Assembly (NCBI RefSeq): GCF_009914755.1
Contig: NC_060935.1
DNA: 64,000 bases
Source: the human T2T-CHM13v2.0 reference genome, Homo sapiens
Direction: 5' to 3' (one strand)
Below, piece by piece: positions 54,073 through 64,000 of this stretch. A model generated the notes under the pieces. That model ran no database searches. It worked only from the letters and a program-made list of their open reading frames with translations, and was not told the origin of the DNA. The position numbers and the translations under genes were made by a program. Numbering within the stretch: position 1 is the stretch's first letter; each line of letters starts with the position of its first letter.

Positions 54073-55574
54073 AGAAAATATGGGAAATCCAGCAGAGATT
54101 AAAACTATGAAAAAAAGTTCCATAGAAAATGCGAAAAATGATTTTTTGTATCAGATTTTAAGAGCAAACTGGCAACAGTAAATGAAAGGAGCAGTGAACT
54201 TGAAAACAGGTCAATGAAAAGTATCCACACTGAATCACTAAGAGAAAAAAAGAATAAACAAAAATAACAATACAGTTCAGCTCCCTAAGAGAATGTCAAA
54301 CACATAACCATAGATATAATTGGAGTACCAGAAGGAGATAAGAGAGAATGAAGCAGAATATCTCAGGAGATACCAGATGAGAACTTTCCAAAATATGTGA
54401 AAACATCAGCTTCAAAATCAAGAAACTCAGTGCACCCCAAACTAAATGAATAAATCAGTACTAAACATATCATAATTATAATTTTGAAAAGGAAAGATAA
54501 AGAAAAAACTTTCAATCTATAAAGAAAAAAACATACATGACTCATGGTGGAAAAGTATAAATAACAGCTGACTTCTCATCAGAAACAAGAGAGGGGAGAA
54601 GACAAAAAGAAAACATCTTTTAAGTGCTGAAAGAAATGTTGTCAATACTATTAATATAATTCATGCCAATAACCATCAGAAATTAAGCAACATAAAAATA
54701 TTCACAAATAAAAATAATCTGAAAGAATCTGTCTCCAGTAGACTCGTCCAACCAAAAAACTAAAACAAGTTCTTCAGGCTAAAGAGAAATGGTACTAGAC
54801 AAAAACCCAGAACTGCAGGAAGGAATAAACAGTTCCAGAAATAGGAAATATCTAAGTAACTATAAAACACCTAACATCTCAACAGTAACAGATGGAACGG
54901 TTTAAGAATATCTTTTAAGTTCTGAGAAAAGAGATTTACCAAGATGTTATTCATACCTAAACTATCATGTAAAAATAAGAGCCAAAAAAAGCATTTTCTG
55001 ATGAACAAAAACTGAAGAGTTCCCACCAACAAAACCTCACCAAAAAAAATTTCTAAAATATGTACCTCAGAAGAAAAGGGATTCTAAAAGAATAAACTGA
55101 GAAGTAAGGTAGAAATATTGAACAAGAAATTCAGGAAATAAGTTTATAAATCGAAACAAATTTAGCTATATAAGAATAGTATTTAATTATGAAAGATGAA
55201 AAGTTAGAATTATCATCCTGAACAACACTAACATGGAGGAAAGAGTGATCACAGTTAAAATATTCTAAATGCTGATACTTTATGACAGAATCAGAGATAC
55301 CAAAAAATTTAGCCTTTAAATTAGGTTTTTGAGTTATGATTTTAATTGCAGCCATAAAAAGAATAGAAAAATGATACATATTTTCTATTTTCTGGTTTCC
55401 AAACCAAAAGGAAGAGGATAAAATTTTTAAATGTCAATAACCTTAAAAGAAATTAAGACTAGAAATAAAATTAATCTCTCTAGGAAGAAATGGGGAGGAA
55501 GGCATAAGGAGAGAGAACATTTCAGAAAAAAAAAAGCAAGGAGATAAGAAGAAAAGAAAAAACTAAAAGAGAAA

Positions 55575-59445
<3,871 letters not shown>

Positions 59446-62400
59446 GCTAGAATATTTTCATATGTTTGTTGATCACCTCTCTATCTTCTTTGGAAAAATA
59501 TCTGCTCGAGCCCTTTGCTGATTTGTGAAGTGGGTTGTTGATATTTTGTTGTTGAGTTGTAATAGTTCTACATTTAATTTGCTTCAGATATATGACTTGC
59601 ATTATTCCCATTCAGTGGGTTCTTTTCACTGTCTTGATAGTGTCTTTGAATGCACAATTTTTAAATTGATACATAATATTTTACATATTTGTGAGTTACA
59701 TGTGATATTTTGTTACAAGCACAGAAAGCGTCATTACCAAATCAGGGTATTTGGGGTTTCCATCACGTTAAGTATTTACCATTTTTATGTACTGGAAACA
59801 TTTCAAGATCTCTCTTTCGGCTACTTTGAAATACACATACATGGTTGTTAACTATAGTCATCCTACTCTGGTATTGAACATTGTAACTTACACCTTCTAT
59901 CTAACTGCATGTTTCTTCCCATTAATCAAACTTCTTCATCATGTTGCCCCTTCTCAGACTGTTATTCTACTCTCTACCTCCATTAGATCAAGTTTTTTAG
60001 ATCCCACATGTAAGTGAGAATATGCAATATTTGTCTTTCTGTGGCTAGATTATTTCACTTCACATGATGACCTTCAGTTCCATCCATGTTGCTGCAAATG
60101 ACAGAAATTTCATTCTTTTGTGGCCAAATAGTATTCGATTGCATATATATATATATACCATACTTTAACCATTCGTCTGTGGAGAGACATGTGGGTTGAT
60201 TCCATATCTTTGTTATTGGATTCCATATCTTTGTTATTGTAAATAGTGCTGCAATAAACATGGGAGTGTGGGTATCAATCCGATACACTGATTTACTTTC
60301 CTTTAGATACATATGCAGTAGTGTAATTGTTGGATCATATGGTAGTTCCTTTTTTAGTTTTTTGAGAAATCTCCATACTGTTTTAAATAGTGCTTGTACT
60401 CATTTATATTCCTGACAACAGTGTTTAAGAGGTCCCTTTTCTCTGCATACTCACTGGCATCTATTATTTTTTGTATTAAAATATAGCCATTCTAACAGGA
60501 GTAAGATAATATAACTCATTGTGGGTTTTGATTTGTATTTCCCTGATGATTAGTGATGTTGAGTATTTTTCATGTATCTGTTGGCCATTTGCATATCTTC
60601 TTTGAGAACTCTATTCTTATCCTTTGCTCACTTTTTAATGAGATTTGTGTTTTTTTATTTTTTGGTTTTTGTTTGTTTTGTTTTTGTTTTTGCTGTTGAT
60701 TTGTTTGAATTCCTTGTATAACTCCCTTGTGGGATATCATTTACAAATATTTCCTCCCACTCCACCAGCTGTCTCTTCAGAGACTCTGTCGATTGTTTCC
60801 TAGCTGTGCAAAAGGTTCTTAGTTTAATAGAGTATCATTTGTCTATTTTTGTTTCTGTTGCCTGTGCTTAGTTCTCAGCCATAAAATCTTTGCCAAGACC
60901 AATATCCAGAAGTGTTTCCCCTGTTTTCTTCTAGTAGTTTTATAGATTCAGGTCTTACATTTAAGTCCTGAATCCATCTTGGGTTGATTGTTTTATATGA
61001 TGAGAGATAGGGGTTTAGTTTCATTCTTCTACATGTGGACATCCACTTTTCCCAGCAACATTTATTGAAGAGGGTGTGTCCTTTATCAATGTATATTTTT
61101 GGCAACTTTATAAAAAAAATTTGGCTGTAAACACATGGATTTCTTTCTGGGTTTTGTATTCTGTTCCATTACTCTACATGTTTGTTTCTATACCAATACC
61201 ATTCTGTTCAGGTTACAATGCCCTTGTCATATTTTGAAGACAGGTAGTGTGATGTCTCCAGCATTGTTCTTTTTGCTAAGGATTTCATTGGCTATTCAGG
61301 TTCTGTTTTGGTTCCATATAAATGTTAGGATTGTTTTTTCTATTTATGTGAAAAATGGCATTGGTATTTTCATAGACATTGTATTGAATCTACAAATTGC
61401 TTTGTACAGTATGGTCATTTTAACAACATTAATTCTTCTAATCCATGAGCATGGGAGGTCTCCATTTGTTTGTGTCCTCTTCAATTTCATTCATCAGTGT
61501 TACACAATTTTACTCATAGAAATCTTTCACCTTCTTGGTTAAATTTATTCCTAGGTTTTTTGTTTAGTTATTGTAAATACGATTGCCTTCTTCTTTTCAT
61601 TTTCAGCTATTTCATTACTGCTATATAGAAATATTACTGATTTTTGTATGTTAATTTTGTATCTGCAAATTCACTGAATTTATTTATCAGATCAAAAAGT
61701 TTTCTGTGAAGTCTTTAAGGTTTTCCTTAATGTAAGATCATATTTGCAAAGAGGCACAATTTAACTTCCTCTTTTCCAATTTAGATGCTTTTTTATTTTT
61801 CTCTTGCCTGATGGCTCTGGCTATGAATTCCAATACTACGTTGAACAGGAGTGGAAAAGTTGGCATCCTTGTCTTGTTTCAGTTCTTAGAGGAAAGGCTT
61901 TCATCTTTTCCCCATCCAGTATGATGTTAGGTGTTGGTCTGTCATATATGACCTTTATTATGTTGAAGTATGTTCCTTCTGTGTCTGGTTTGTTGAGAAT
62001 TTTTATCATGAAGGATTGTTGAATCTCTCAATTTTTTTCTGTGTCTTTGAGAGGAAACGATGGTTTTTGTCTTTCAGTCGGCTGATGTGATGTATCATGT
62101 TTATTGATTTGTGTATGTCAAAACATCTTTGCATCCCTGGAATAAATTCCACATGATCATGGTGTCTTATTTTTTGATGTGCTGTTGGATTCAGTTTGCA
62201 AGTACTTTGTTAAGTATTTTTGCATCTATGTTTATCAGGGATATTGATCTGTAGTTTTCGGATTTTGGTGTTATGCTAATGCTGGCCTCATAGAATGAGT
62301 TAGGGAGAATTCTCTCCTCTTCAATTCTTTGAAATAGTTTGAGGAGAGTGATGTTAGTTCTTTGTAAGCTTGGTAGAAATCAGCAGTGAAGCCATCCATT

Positions 62401-62644
62401 CCTGAGATTTTCCTTGTTAGAAGACTTTTTGTTACTAATTCAATCTCATTACTCCTTATTGGTATGTTCCGGTTTTCTAAGTCTTCCTGATTCAATTTTA
62501 GTAGGCTGCACGTGCCCAGAAATTTATCCGTTTCTTCTTGGTCTTCCAACTTCTTACTGTATAGTTGTTCATGACAGTCTCATGACCTTTTGTATTTCCG
62601 TAGCATCCATTGTAATGTCTATTTTTCTTTTATTTTTTCCCCCT

Positions 62645-63173
<529 letters not shown>

Positions 63174-63434
63174 CTAGATGCTTTTCTCTGCCTGTTTTCA
63201 GAATTCTTGTCTTTCACTTTTGTCAGTTTTACTATGATGTGCCTTGGCCTTTTTGAATTGTATCTATTTGGGAATTTCTGAGCTTCCTGTATCTGCATAT
63301 CTAAATCTCCTGCTAAAACTAGAAAGTTTTAGTTAGTTTGTTTTTTTTTTAAATTAGTTTTCTATCCCTTTCACTTTCTCTTCACTTTCTGGGACACCAA
63401 AAATTCAAATATTTGGCTGCTTCATGGTACATTA

Positions 63435-64000
63435 AAAACTTTCCATGCAGATATCCTTTCTTCTCAGTGATTTTCTTAAAGTTATCTGGGAACTCATCTG
63501 CTGCCTCTTGGGTGACAGAAGCAGGTTCTCCTGTTACCCTGACATTTTTAAAGCCAACCTCTTTCTAAAATTACCAAACCATCCTTTGCTGGCATTAAAT
63601 TCTCCAGCTTTAGACTCTTCACCTTCCTTTTACTTTACATTGTCAAAATATAAATCAAAATACCAATCAAAAGCAAATGACTGCTTTTCTCAAATCATAT
63701 TATAGTCTATAAGTATGCCCTTCTTATAGCAATCCTGCACCGACATAAAAGCTGCATTTTCAATATGAGATAAAAAGGTATTTCACAAAAAGTGCAAGAT
63801 GTTCACACCTACTGCTATAGCTGCAATAACAGCTTCATTAATTTTCTTTTTTAAAAAATAATAGTCCTTACAACAGATTGAAATGGCAGACAAATGTGGC
63901 TGTAGACCTCATTTATAGTTCATATCAAGCAATTTACCTCTTATTACAATGTCATGACTTTTCTCTGCTTCTTGGGAGCATTTCCAGCATCACTAGTAGC
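63435..64000 (-). mobile_element. Tigger2 transposase-region fragment
   Basis: Reverse complement gctactagtgatgctggaaatgctcccaagaagcagagaaaagtcatgacattg resembles the Tigger2 transposase N-terminus as I recall it. Confidence 0.7.

Overview
Primate (human-like) genomic DNA: AT-rich and dominated by interspersed repeats (L1, Alu, MIR, L2, Tigger/hAT MITEs, LTRs). The whole window lies inside one minus-strand gene that I recognise as ARHGAP32 (PX-RICS/p250GAP). Five consecutive coding exons (44500-44586, 17616-17753, 15726-15818, 14786-14908, 13182-13259) all have GT-AG boundaries, are phase 0, and splice in frame into most of the PX domain and the N-terminal part of the SH3 domain. The rest is intron, including a nested stack of L1s (about 23.3-38.8 kb and 46-63 kb), a MER41 solo LTR and a U2 snRNA fragment. 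Almost every ORF in the supplied track comes from Alu or L1 sequence or is a chance ORF. I see no prokaryote-style system or CRISPR array. The best leads are: (1) a candidate 12-nt in-frame microexon (VQPR, 20289-20300) that would insert into a PX-domain turn; (2) an Alu flanked by a ~97-bp target-site duplication; (3) two inverted Alus fused head-to-head with no spacer, at a deletion in an L1; (4) a tiny L1 tip carrying a 3' transduction; (5) a MER41 LTR retaining a STAT GAS motif; (6) an unexplained GC/CpG-rich patch at 7.5-9.1 kb. Repeat subfamily names are from memory of consensus sequences, and repeat boundaries are approximate unless a TSD is given.
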